Below are positions 45,705 through 54,069 of a stretch of DNA of 59,530 bases, one piece after another. The DNA lies in IMG/VR virus record IMGVR_UViG_3300017739_000010, positions 1-59,530 of that record. One strand, written 5' to 3'. The notes below the pieces were generated by a model. The model saw only the letters and a program-made list of their open reading frames with translations. It did not search any database and was not told the DNA's origin. Origin of the DNA: a virus (Duplodnaviria > Caudoviricetes). Position 1 is the first letter of the stretch. Every line of letters starts with the position of its first letter. The translations under genes and the position numbers were made by a program.

Positions 45705-45863
45705 TTAACTCTGATGAGCTAACATTAGGCTAATCCTAGTAGGGATAACGACCTTAGCATTACAGCTATCACAGCACTTTCCTTTGTTGACAACAGGAGC
45801 AGGATTATTGCCGTACTGACCCTTGATTAATTTGCCACAAATAACACACTTAAAATCTTTCAT
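45705..45863 (-). CDS. 52-aa zinc-finger protein (early island 2)
   Basis: CVIC...GNNP.P...CCDSC; ATG follows the upstream stop. Confidence 0.8.
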   Translation of the reverse strand: MKDFKCVICGKLIKGQYGNNPAPVVNKGKCCDSCNAKVVIPTRISLMLAHQS

Positions 45864-45864
45864 A

Positions 45865-46164
45865 TTAGCAGTATGAGTTAATTTTGTCCATTTCTTCTTT
45901 CCAATGTTTTGCAACATTTTTAGAAAATTGCTCTTCAGGGTGATTAAATGCATACCAAAGGTCTTGGATGTTAATTGGACCGGCTCCACCGATCTCGTTA
46001 TCAATCCACTCACAGAACGTGTAGAGCGAGTCTGACTCATTAATGTATAAACTTTCATAGATATAGTCAAAACCATCTAGAAAGCTTCCAGTGGTCTTAG
46101 CCCCCATTAAAAGGAGGTCTTTATTTTTTTCTGATAAATTTAACTTTGTATTCATAATTTCCAT
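45865..46164 (-). CDS. hypothetical protein (early island 2)
   Basis: Directly downstream of promoter cassette copy 2; start 46164 or 46155. Confidence 0.8.
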   Translation of the reverse strand: MEIMNTKLNLSEKNKDLLLMGAKTTGSFLDGFDYIYESLYINESDSLYTFCEWIDNEIGGAGPINIQDLWYAFNHPEEQFSKNVAKHWKEEMDKINSYC

Positions 46165-46246
46165 TTGTTTTTAATTACAGTACTAATATACGAAAAATAT
46201 CTGACATAAAAAAATCTAGAGGCAACTATTTTGCAAAAAATGGCAA
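46164..46246 (-). promoter_or_regulatory. conserved early-promoter cassette, copy 2
   Basis: Matches 14968-15050 with no indels. Confidence 0.8.
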
Positions 46247-46279
46247 CTTTTTACAAAAAAGATATTAACATATTATGCA

Positions 46280-46306
46280 GAAACAAATTAAAAAAGAGAT
46301 ATATAA
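46280..46306 (+). promoter_or_regulatory. GAAAC-N17-TATAA overlapping a GATATATAA motif
   Basis: GAAAC at 46280, GATATATAA 46298-46306. Confidence 0.5.
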
Positions 46307-46335
46307 TATGTATAATAAACAAAAAGTACAGTGAT

Positions 46336-46530
46336 ATGTTGATAACAGCGGATTACTTTCGTCTCAGCGAAATCCTAAATAAAATGGTGGCAGCGAACCA
46401 GATCACGACTATAGAGCGTGAGGAGTTACTCCACAAATCAGGGCTGATTAAGCTAGAGGACGGCAGATGGAAGGAAACACCCACAGACCCAAGGTCTGGG
46501 ATCTCTCCAGCTATTTTGACATTAGACTGA
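46336..46530 (+). CDS. 64-aa hypothetical protein
   Basis: ATG downstream of the promoter; the longer TTG start runs through regulatory DNA. Confidence 0.65.
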   Translation: MLITADYFRLSEILNKMVAANQITTIEREELLHKSGLIKLEDGRWKETPTDPRSGISPAILTLD

Positions 46531-46556
46531 AACTATTGATTATTGTACAACTATAA
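46529..46556 (+). promoter_or_regulatory. GAAAC-N18-TATAA upstream of the SSB gene
   Basis: GAAAC at 46529, TATAA at 46552. Confidence 0.55.
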
Positions 46557-46616
46557 GGTAACGAAAGGACATTAAAGTAATTTCAAGTATTAAACAATTA
46601 AACAATTTTAAAAGTT

Positions 46617-47534
46617 ATGAGTGATTCATTTGACATTTTTAATTTAGGCGTGGAAGATGTGGAGACACACCAGCCTGAAAGAACTTCAACAAACGAAGTT
46701 TACAAACCAACTGCCGATGACGGCAAAGACGGAACGTACAAAGCATTAATTAGATTTGTACCTAACCCTGAGAATCCGAGAAAATCTCTGATTCAAAAAT
46801 ACGTACACTGGTTAACTAATTCCAGTGGTGACGGAAAACTAGTTGATTCCCCTCAAACTATTGGAGAACACTGCCCTATTGCAGATGTATTCTGGAAGTT
46901 GAGAAAATCAGACTCTGCTGTAGACAGAAAGGCTTCTGAAAAGCTAAAAAGACGTCAACAGTATTATTCTCTAATTAAGATCGTTAAAGATCCGCAAAAT
47001 CCAGAAATGGAAGGAACTTACAAAGTATTCAAATTTGGATATAAGATTAAAGAGAAAATTGACTCTGAATTAAAGCCAGACTTTGGTGAACCAACACAAG
47101 TATTCGACCTTTTCGAAGGCAAGAACTTCGAGCTTGTAATTACAAGACAAGGAGAATATAACAACTACGACAAATCTAAATTCTCTTCTAATAAATCTGC
47201 TATAATGATGGGCGATGCTCCAGCAGAAAGAACGAAAGAGACTATGGGTCTAATCAAGGAAGAACTTGAGAACTCACCATCTCTAGCACAATATGATTAC
47301 AAGCAATGGGACGAAGATACCAGAGCTTTCGTAAACAATGTATTGAGAATGTACCTTAATCCAGGTGATGACATTGCAGCAGTAACTTCTGCTCCAAAAG
47401 CAGCACCAGCTCCAGTAGCAAAGAAGGAAACTTCTACTGCAACTGCTACAGCTCCGGCGGCAGCAGCTACAACTGAGAGTAAGGTAACTACAGATGATGA
47501 TTTAGATTCCTTCTTAGATGACCTCAACATCTAA
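46617..47534 (+). CDS. gp32: single-stranded DNA-binding protein, T4 gp32-like
   Basis: ALIRFVP, TIGEHCP, KDPQNPE.EG..KVFKFG.KI, NYDKSKF, acidic tail DDDLDSFL. Confidence 0.9.
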   Translation: MSDSFDIFNLGVEDVETHQPERTSTNEVYKPTADDGKDGTYKALIRFVPNPENPRKSLIQKYVHWLTNSSGDGKLVDSPQTIGEHCPIADVFWKLRKSDSAVDRKASEKLKRRQQYYSLIKIVKDPQNPEMEGTYKVFKFGYKIKEKIDSELKPDFGEPTQVFDLFEGKNFELVITRQGEYNNYDKSKFSSNKSAIMMGDAPAERTKETMGLIKEELENSPSLAQYDYKQWDEDTRAFVNNVLRMYLNPGDDIAAVTSAPKAAPAPVAKKETSTATATAPAAAATTESKVTTDDDLDSFLDDLNI

Positions 47535-48597
47535 AAGTATACAACTAACTGAAGAGCTTAAGAGTAGAATAAAAGTTGCACTAAAACAAGTTTGTGTAGA
47601 ACATCATACTACTCCTAACAAGCAATTGCTTAAAGACATGCCAGGGCGAATAACCCTGGCGTGTCCTTATTGCGGTGACTCACATACAGATGACACAAAG
47701 AAACGTGGCAATCTATATTGGGACACTCTTCAGTATCATTGTTACAATTGTTCTCACCACACTAATCTTCATACGTTCTTAAAAGACCATGAAGTTAGAA
47801 TGCCTAATTCAGGCGACTCATTTACGATTATTGACTATATTAAAGAGAACAAACAAAGTGTTAGTCAAGAACAAGTATTACAGAATGCAAGTCTTAAAAG
47901 CGTCCAAGACTTAGCTTTGACAGTAGATGAATTTAAAACTATATTTGGCGCACAAGAAATTACACCAGGCGACTGGATTTGGTTTCAACTTAAAGATAGG
48001 TTGTTACATAAAAAAGTAGATGACTTTCTTTTCTCCCCTAAAGGCAATAGGCTTTGGATTTTAAACAAGGGAATGGAAGGTAAAATTATCGGCGCACAAT
48101 CCAGACGAATGAAAGGCTATGGGTCTAGGTATCTCACCTATGACTTGCCTAAATTATATGAAGAATGGAAGAAGCCATTAGAGTTAGCACCAGAAGAAAT
48201 GACAAAACTGGCAAAGGCTTCTACTCTATTCGGTATCATGCAAGTAAACTTTCAACAACCAGTAACTATGTTCGAAGGTCCAATTGATGCCAAGTTTATG
48301 CATAACTCTATTGCCCTAGCAACTGCAGGTAGATCGACAGAAGAATTTGACGAAATGGCGACGGTCAGATATATGTTCGATAATGATGCAACAGGTAAAA
48401 AGAAAATGATTGAGAAGCTTAAGAAGGGCAGGCCAGTATTTATGTGGTCTAAATTTCTAGATGATTTTAAGCTAGATACATATAATATCAAAGATCTAAA
48501 CGATTTGATGAAAGTATGTTACAAGCAGAAATCTGATGCTTGGAAACAAATAGAAAATTATTTCACATCAAGCGATTTAGACTTATGGTACGTATAG
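47518..48597 (+). CDS. gp61: DNA primase, T4 gp61-like
   Basis: CPYCGDS..CYNC zinc ribbon; TOPRIM EGPIDA, FDND, KDLND. Confidence 0.9.
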   Translation: MTSTSKSIQLTEELKSRIKVALKQVCVEHHTTPNKQLLKDMPGRITLACPYCGDSHTDDTKKRGNLYWDTLQYHCYNCSHHTNLHTFLKDHEVRMPNSGDSFTIIDYIKENKQSVSQEQVLQNASLKSVQDLALTVDEFKTIFGAQEITPGDWIWFQLKDRLLHKKVDDFLFSPKGNRLWILNKGMEGKIIGAQSRRMKGYGSRYLTYDLPKLYEEWKKPLELAPEEMTKLAKASTLFGIMQVNFQQPVTMFEGPIDAKFMHNSIALATAGRSTEEFDEMATVRYMFDNDATGKKKMIEKLKKGRPVFMWSKFLDDFKLDTYNIKDLNDLMKVCYKQKSDAWKQIENYFTSSDLDLWYV

Positions 48598-48794
48598 AAG
48601 AAATGGAAGATACATTAGAGGATTTTTTTAAGGACAGCGACCGCTTCAAGAAGATGCGTATGTTAATTGATTTTGAGATGCCAGAATTTAAGACTGATAA
48701 TCCCGATATGAAATTTAGCAAACCTAAACTTAAGAAGGGCCAGAAAGCTGCAAAGTTTATCAAGCCAGACAGGAACAAAAAGTCGCTATTTTAA
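48585..48794 (+). CDS. small protein with basic C-terminus
   Basis: Fills the gap; start 48585 or 48603. Confidence 0.65.
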   Translation: MVRIEEMEDTLEDFFKDSDRFKKMRMLIDFEMPEFKTDNPDMKFSKPKLKKGQKAAKFIKPDRNKKSLF

Positions 48795-48805
48795 TATAAA
48801 GATAA

Positions 48806-49228
48806 ATGAGTAACGAAAAGATATTATCACTAGATCAAAAATTAAGTGCACAGAGAAACGAATGGTCAGCAACTATTAGAAGTCTAGCACAAAGTCTGCG
48901 TAATCTAAATACAATGGAGGTTACTATTGCAGATGTGTTATCTTCTAGGCAAACACTCGTAGACCAAATGGCATACATAAATGTCAAAATTAAACAGCAA
49001 AAGAAAACTATTGCTGCTAGATATAGAGAAGCATATATTAGGTACTATAATTATGATTACAAACTAGGTGAAAAACAGAAAGAGAAATTCTTAGAGAACG
49101 ACTTAGCAGATGACAATATGATTTTGTCACATTTAGAAAATCAAATGGATTGGCTAAGAGACTCTGTAAAAACATTAGATAATATGGGCTTTGCTATTAG
49201 AAATAGATTAGCTCTAAAAGATCTATAA
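48806..49228 (+). CDS. uvsY: UvsY-like recombination mediator
   Basis: 140-aa helical protein adjacent to UvsW; C-terminal MGFAIRN pattern. Confidence 0.6.
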   Translation: MSNEKILSLDQKLSAQRNEWSATIRSLAQSLRNLNTMEVTIADVLSSRQTLVDQMAYINVKIKQQKKTIAARYREAYIRYYNYDYKLGEKQKEKFLENDLADDNMILSHLENQMDWLRDSVKTLDNMGFAIRNRLALKDL

Positions 49229-49233
49229 AATCA

Positions 49234-50742
49234 GTGGAATTAACGTTAACAGATAACAAGCAGTTTTTGCGTGTAGACGAGGCGTCTGAAATGGAAGTTG
49301 AACAGCTCAACATTACATTAAATAGACGTATTGAATCTTGGAGATTTCATCCCCTGGTTAAAAAGGGTTTATGGGATGGTTATATCTCATATATCAAAGA
49401 TGACAAATGGATTCCATCTGGTTTATGGCGAGAGGTGATGAATATGTGTAAGCAGTATAAATACGAGCTTAAACTAAATGGCATTACAAGACTGTTTGAT
49501 ACTAATATAAAAGCTGCGGATTTTGAAGAGTGGGCATTGGATTTCTTTGACGGCTCAGAGATACAACCTAGAGACTATCAAATAGAAGCAGCATATAATA
49601 TACTTAAATTTAGAAATTGTCTAAGTGAGTTGGCTACATCTGCTGGTAAAACTCTTATCTCATTTATGGTAATATCATACCTATTAGAAAAACAAAAGGC
49701 AGGTAGAATATTATTTATTGTACCTAATGTTTCACTTGTTGTTCAGGGTTCAGAAGATTTCCAAGACTATAATTGGAGAAACCAAGCCAACATAAAAGTA
49801 CAACAGATTTATTCTGGTCAAAAAATTAGACCAGGTAGAAATGTAGTAATTGGTACATATCAATCCCTAGTTAAAAAAGATAAAGAGTATTTCCAGCAAT
49901 TTGATGCTGTACTTATTGATGAAACTCATAAGGCTAAATCTCAATCTATTAAAACTATTCTACAAAAATGTACAGCAGCTAATTATAGGTTTGGACTTTC
50001 AGGTACAATTCCAAAATCCGGCAGTCTAGATAGACTAACACTAATGGCTTATACAGGTCCTGTAATTACAGAGGTAAGTGCTAATTATTTACAAGGAGAG
50101 GGTTTTATTGCAGGGTGTAAGGTAAAGGTAATAAAAATGGACTATGCTGCTGAGAGTACAAAGAATGCTTTTAGAGAAATGTCTCAAAACAGATATGAGA
50201 GTAAAGACGTATATAAATTTGAAAGCAATTATGTTATACAGTCGCCAGGCCGTTTGGCTTTCATTTGCAACATTATATCCAGAGTTAAGGGTAATTCCCT
50301 GGTCTTATTCCATCGTATTGAACATGGCAAGAAGATATACGAGAAGCTTAGACAAGAGTCTGAGAAAAACGTTTACTATGTAGATGGTAATACAGATAAA
50401 GATATTAGAGAAGAGTATAAAAAGAAAATGGAAGCAGGTGTAGAAGTTGTGATTGTAGCATCTTATGGAACATTCTCAACGGGTATTTCCATTAATAAAA
50501 TCCACAATATTTTCTTTACAGAATCCTTTAAATCTGAGGTGATTATTAGACAGTCTATTGGTAGAGGATTAAGAAAGCACAAGTCTAAAACAGATGTAAA
50601 TATCATTGATTTTGTAGATGACTTGTCTTCTCCAGATTGGGATAACTACTTAATTAGACATTCTAAAGCCAGGCAAAAGATCTATAGAGAACAGAAGTTC
50701 CCTTATGAGATAAAAAATGTCACATTTGACGGTGATATATAA
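49234..50742 (+). CDS. uvsW: UvsW DNA helicase
   Basis: WDG, PRDYQ, TSAGKT, DETH, GLSGT, SYGTFSTGI, QSIGRGLR. Confidence 0.93.
   Translation: MELTLTDNKQFLRVDEASEMEVEQLNITLNRRIESWRFHPLVKKGLWDGYISYIKDDKWIPSGLWREVMNMCKQYKYELKLNGITRLFDTNIKAADFEEWALDFFDGSEIQPRDYQIEAAYNILKFRNCLSELATSAGKTLISFMVISYLLEKQKAGRILFIVPNVSLVVQGSEDFQDYNWRNQANIKVQQIYSGQKIRPGRNVVIGTYQSLVKKDKEYFQQFDAVLIDETHKAKSQSIKTILQKCTAANYRFGLSGTIPKSGSLDRLTLMAYTGPVITEVSANYLQGEGFIAGCKVKVIKMDYAAESTKNAFREMSQNRYESKDVYKFESNYVIQSPGRLAFICNIISRVKGNSLVLFHRIEHGKKIYEKLRQESEKNVYYVDGNTDKDIREEYKKKMEAGVEVVIVASYGTFSTGISINKIHNIFFTESFKSEVIIRQSIGRGLRKHKSKTDVNIIDFVDDLSSPDWDNYLIRHSKARQKIYREQKFPYEIKNVTFDGDI
50734..50742 (+). promoter_or_regulatory. late-promoter-like GATATATAA heading the internal-protein cluster
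   Basis: Overlaps the uvsW stop; 41 nt before ATG 50775. Confidence 0.6.
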
Positions 50743-50774
50743 TACAATACTAATAAAATAAAACTATTCTAAAG

Positions 50775-52778
50775 ATGGGTTCATTAAAATTACAATCTTT
50801 TGAAGAGTTTGCTAATGCTAGCGTTAAAGCTGCAAAGGTAAAACTTGAAGAAGAACAATCAGCTGCAAGAAATGAAGCAGCATATAAATTCAAATCATTA
50901 TTAGCCGAATTCGGTGTAACTTCTATAAAAGACCTAAACGAAGAAGACAGAAATTCTTTCTACAGAAAATTAGGTGCTTCAGAGATTAGCGAGTCAATTG
51001 CTATTATTGAAGAAGGTACAAGATCTCAAATCGGTATTATTAACAAGAGAGGAAAAATAGAGTCAGTGTATATGCACTACGATGGTTATCCAGACAACAT
51101 GTTACCAACAATTAAGAAAGGTTACATGAATTCTGGAACAGTTAAGTTCTTACTTAAGAAAGGTGGTGGTTCTGGTTTAGAAGTAGATCCTAGTAAGATT
51201 AATTTTTACGGAGATAAAACTACAATGAAAGGCGACATCAAAGATATTGACAAATATTTATATGATGCTGCAGATAAAGCAGGCGCAGAATATGTCTACC
51301 TATACGACGAGAAGTCTAAAAAGTGGATGATGGCAGATACTTATGACATGCCAAGAGAATTAAAGCCAGCTTTCGAACATCTTATTATTAACGAAAAATT
51401 CGTACCATCTAAAGGTAATCTAAGAGATGCTAAAAAGGTTGCTAAAACTTTAGAGGGTATTATGATTGAAGGTTCAGCTCTAACTGGAGATGAAACTACA
51501 CATTTAGGTGCAATCAAGTATTTACTTATGAATGCGCTAGAAGACGCTAACTTCCATTCTTACATTGAACCCGTGGGAAAATCGTTAGGCGGCAAGATTA
51601 GAACAGTCATGATTAAAGTAGATAATCTAGGAGGTATGGAACTTCCAGTAGGTGCTAAGACAATCAAAAGATTCTTAGATGATAACTATGTAAAATTATC
51701 TAGCGCAGCTGGATGGTCAGGCATTGGTATCGTTGAGGGTATTGCACTTTATTTAGATGGATGGGGATTAAGCAAACACGCTCAGAAAATCGTAGATGCT
51801 TTCAACTTAATTTACCAAAACGAAGCAGTAGTTACTGAGGGTAACGCATTCTTTGCAGCAAGATCTAAAGCAATGGAAGAAGGTGCTGAAGAATTTGAAT
51901 TCAACGGTAAGAAATTTCCAGTAACAGAAGGCATGAACGACAAGGGAGAAGCAGACATCGATTTTGATGGTGGTGCTAAAGACCTAAAAATGATTAAGAA
52001 GAAATTCAAGGTTGATGCAGAAGAGTATAATCCAGGTATGGTAATGTTAAAAGGTAAGAAAAAAGATATTTTGGCTTATTTACGTTCTGATTTCTATGGA
52101 ATGGATGAGGATGATATTGAAGAATTATACCCTGATTTATATGAAGACTCAGAAATTGAAGTCGAAATGAAAGCAGTCGTATCTGAAGGAGATATTGCTA
52201 AAGTTTCTAAGAAAGAAATTATGTTCCACTTAGATGCTTTTCAAAAAGGAGACATTGAAGCTGAAGATTTAAGACAAGCTATGGAAGAAATTCTAGGAGA
52301 AGGAAATGCATTCGGTGCTGCAAGAGCAGAGGCTATCGCTAAAGGTGATGATAAATTCAAGGTTGGCGATGAAGAATATGATGTAGAAGGTGTAGACGCA
52401 GATGATAAAGAGAACGCAGAAGAATATGCCGAAGAAGAAGGTATTGAAGTTAAAGAGGAAGAAACTACTAACGAAGAGGAAGTAGAAGAAACTGAAGAAG
52501 TTGCTGAAGAAACTACTAACGAAGAGGAAGTAGAAGAAACTGAAGAAGTTGCTGAAGAAGAAGCAAATGAAGAGGAAGAAGTTGCTGAAGAAGTAACTAA
52601 CGAGGCTGAAGTAAAATCAGACGAAGACTTTAAAGAATATGCTTTCGCAGTTTTAGGAAAAGCTTTCGGTGATAAATTCGACGAAGAAAAAGCTCAAGAA
52701 GTAGTAGACGGTTTATTAGACAAACACGGCGATGACTATGGTGCAGCAGTTGGCGCATTACAATCATCACTAGGATAA
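50775..52778 (+). CDS. modular acidic internal-head / prohead-core-like polyprotein
   Basis: LQSFEEF motif; many (I/V/L)xE sites; EGNAF.AAR..A repeat twice; Glu-rich repeats. Confidence 0.65.
   Translation: MGSLKLQSFEEFANASVKAAKVKLEEEQSAARNEAAYKFKSLLAEFGVTSIKDLNEEDRNSFYRKLGASEISESIAIIEEGTRSQIGIINKRGKIESVYMHYDGYPDNMLPTIKKGYMNSGTVKFLLKKGGGSGLEVDPSKINFYGDKTTMKGDIKDIDKYLYDAADKAGAEYVYLYDEKSKKWMMADTYDMPRELKPAFEHLIINEKFVPSKGNLRDAKKVAKTLEGIMIEGSALTGDETTHLGAIKYLLMNALEDANFHSYIEPVGKSLGGKIRTVMIKVDNLGGMELPVGAKTIKRFLDDNYVKLSSAAGWSGIGIVEGIALYLDGWGLSKHAQKIVDAFNLIYQNEAVVTEGNAFFAARSKAMEEGAEEFEFNGKKFPVTEGMNDKGEADIDFDGGAKDLKMIKKKFKVDAEEYNPGMVMLKGKKKDILAYLRSDFYGMDEDDIEELYPDLYEDSEIEVEMKAVVSEGDIAKVSKKEIMFHLDAFQKGDIEAEDLRQAMEEILGEGNAFGAARAEAIAKGDDKFKVGDEEYDVEGVDADDKENAEEYAEEEGIEVKEEETTNEEEVEETEEVAEETTNEEEVEETEEVAEEEANEEEEVAEEVTNEAEVKSDEDFKEYAFAVLGKAFGDKFDEEKAQEVVDGLLDKHGDDYGAAVGALQSSLG
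52458..52559 (+). repeat. perfect 48-bp tandem duplication (EETTNEEEVEETEEVA twice)
   Basis: Identical units 52458-52505 and 52506-52553. Confidence 0.95.
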
Positions 52779-52797
52779 AAACAGTTTAAAACTTCTC

Positions 52798-54069
52798 ATG
52801 AAGATATACTATAAATTTACAGATTTCATAAATGAAGAACTCCAGGTGGATAACTTGGAGAGCTTCGTATTTGAGGGTGGGGCTGCAGGACACATGATGC
52901 ACCCATTCGATGACAACTCACTTACATTTGCTGACTTTAAGAGAATTGTAAATTCTGCTCTACAGGGAGGTCTTGATTTTGAAGAGGCTCCAACAGAAAA
53001 GACAGATGGTCAGAATGTATTTGCTACTGTAAAGGATGGTAAAGCTATGTTTGCTAGAAATAAGGGACAATTAGCTAATCCACTCGACTTAAATGGTATC
53101 ATTAAGATGTTCACTGGCCACGCTTCTAAGCTGGTTGAAGAAACATTCATCTTTGCTGCTAAAGATCTAGCAGAGGCGCTCCCAAAGCTCAAGGACCAAT
53201 CTGTATTCCAAGACGGTAAGTCTTTTATCAATATGGAGTTAATTTACTCTAAAAACCCTAATGTAATTTATTATGACAGAGATGTTATTCAATTCCACGG
53301 TATGAAAGTTACTGATGGTGAGGGTAATATCATAGGTGAAGAGAATATCGCAGCAGAAATAGTAAAAGCACTTAGAGGGTTAAAAGCTGATATTGGTAAA
53401 ACATTTACAATAATTCCCCCTCAAATTTTAAAGTTAGCAAAAGACATTAACTTCGATGAGAGAGTCGGCTATTACGAAAAGGCGATAAATAAACTAAGAG
53501 ATACTTATGGTTTATCAGATCAAGATGAAGTCAAAATGTATCACGAGGCTTGGTGGAGAAATCAAATCGAAGAGAACTTTGCAGATTTAGACCCAGCATT
53601 AAAAGAAGGTCTTTTATTAAGATGGGCATATTTAGACAAGAAGACTCTAAATATGAGAGATTTAAAGAAAGCAGTTACTCCAGAACAAGCAAAGGCTGTT
53701 AAAGATTTTGATGGTCAAAGAAACAAGAAGTATAAAGAAAACATTTTACCCTTCGAGAATTTATTTTTAGAGTTAGGCTCGGATGTTTTAAAGAATGTTT
53801 CTAATTTTGTTGCTGCTAACCCAGAAGCTGAGAAAGCTAGATTACATAAGCAAATCAGAACTGAAGCAGACAAAGTTAAAAAGAATGGAGATCTAAAACA
53901 GATTGACAAAGTAGAAAAAGAATTAAAAAGACTAGAAGGTATCGGCGGAATCGAATCAATCATTCCAACAGAAGGTTTAGTCTTTAAGTACAACGGTAAA
54001 ACGTTTAAACTAACAGGTACTTTTGCTGCAATTAATCAGCTAATGGGTATCATAAAATACGGTAGATAA
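52798..54069 (+). CDS. ligase-fold (KxDG) nucleotidyltransferase-like protein, DUF6267-like
   Basis: EGGAAGHMMHPFD, TEKTDGQN, ARNK, EGLVF, FKLTG. Confidence 0.7.
   Translation: MKIYYKFTDFINEELQVDNLESFVFEGGAAGHMMHPFDDNSLTFADFKRIVNSALQGGLDFEEAPTEKTDGQNVFATVKDGKAMFARNKGQLANPLDLNGIIKMFTGHASKLVEETFIFAAKDLAEALPKLKDQSVFQDGKSFINMELIYSKNPNVIYYDRDVIQFHGMKVTDGEGNIIGEENIAAEIVKALRGLKADIGKTFTIIPPQILKLAKDINFDERVGYYEKAINKLRDTYGLSDQDEVKMYHEAWWRNQIEENFADLDPALKEGLLLRWAYLDKKTLNMRDLKKAVTPEQAKAVKDFDGQRNKKYKENILPFENLFLELGSDVLKNVSNFVAANPEAEKARLHKQIRTEADKVKKNGDLKQIDKVEKELKRLEGIGGIESIIPTEGLVFKYNGKTFKLTGTFAAINQLMGIIKYGR

Noticed and set aside
45711-45760. CTGATGAG hammerhead-like core
   Set aside because: No GAAA after a stem II; it is the reverse complement of the Zn-finger gene end
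45705-46076. 123-aa ORF as called
   Set aside because: The N-terminal part overlaps the 45865-46164 gene; the likely start is ATG 45863
46231-46335. TTG-initiated extension of the 46530 ORF, and the 14851-15042 ORF
   Set aside because: Both run through promoter cassettes
46485-46499. CAGACC-CAA-GGTCTG hairpin as the gp32 pseudoknot
   Set aside because: Lies upstream of the putative gp32 promoter, and no second stem was found
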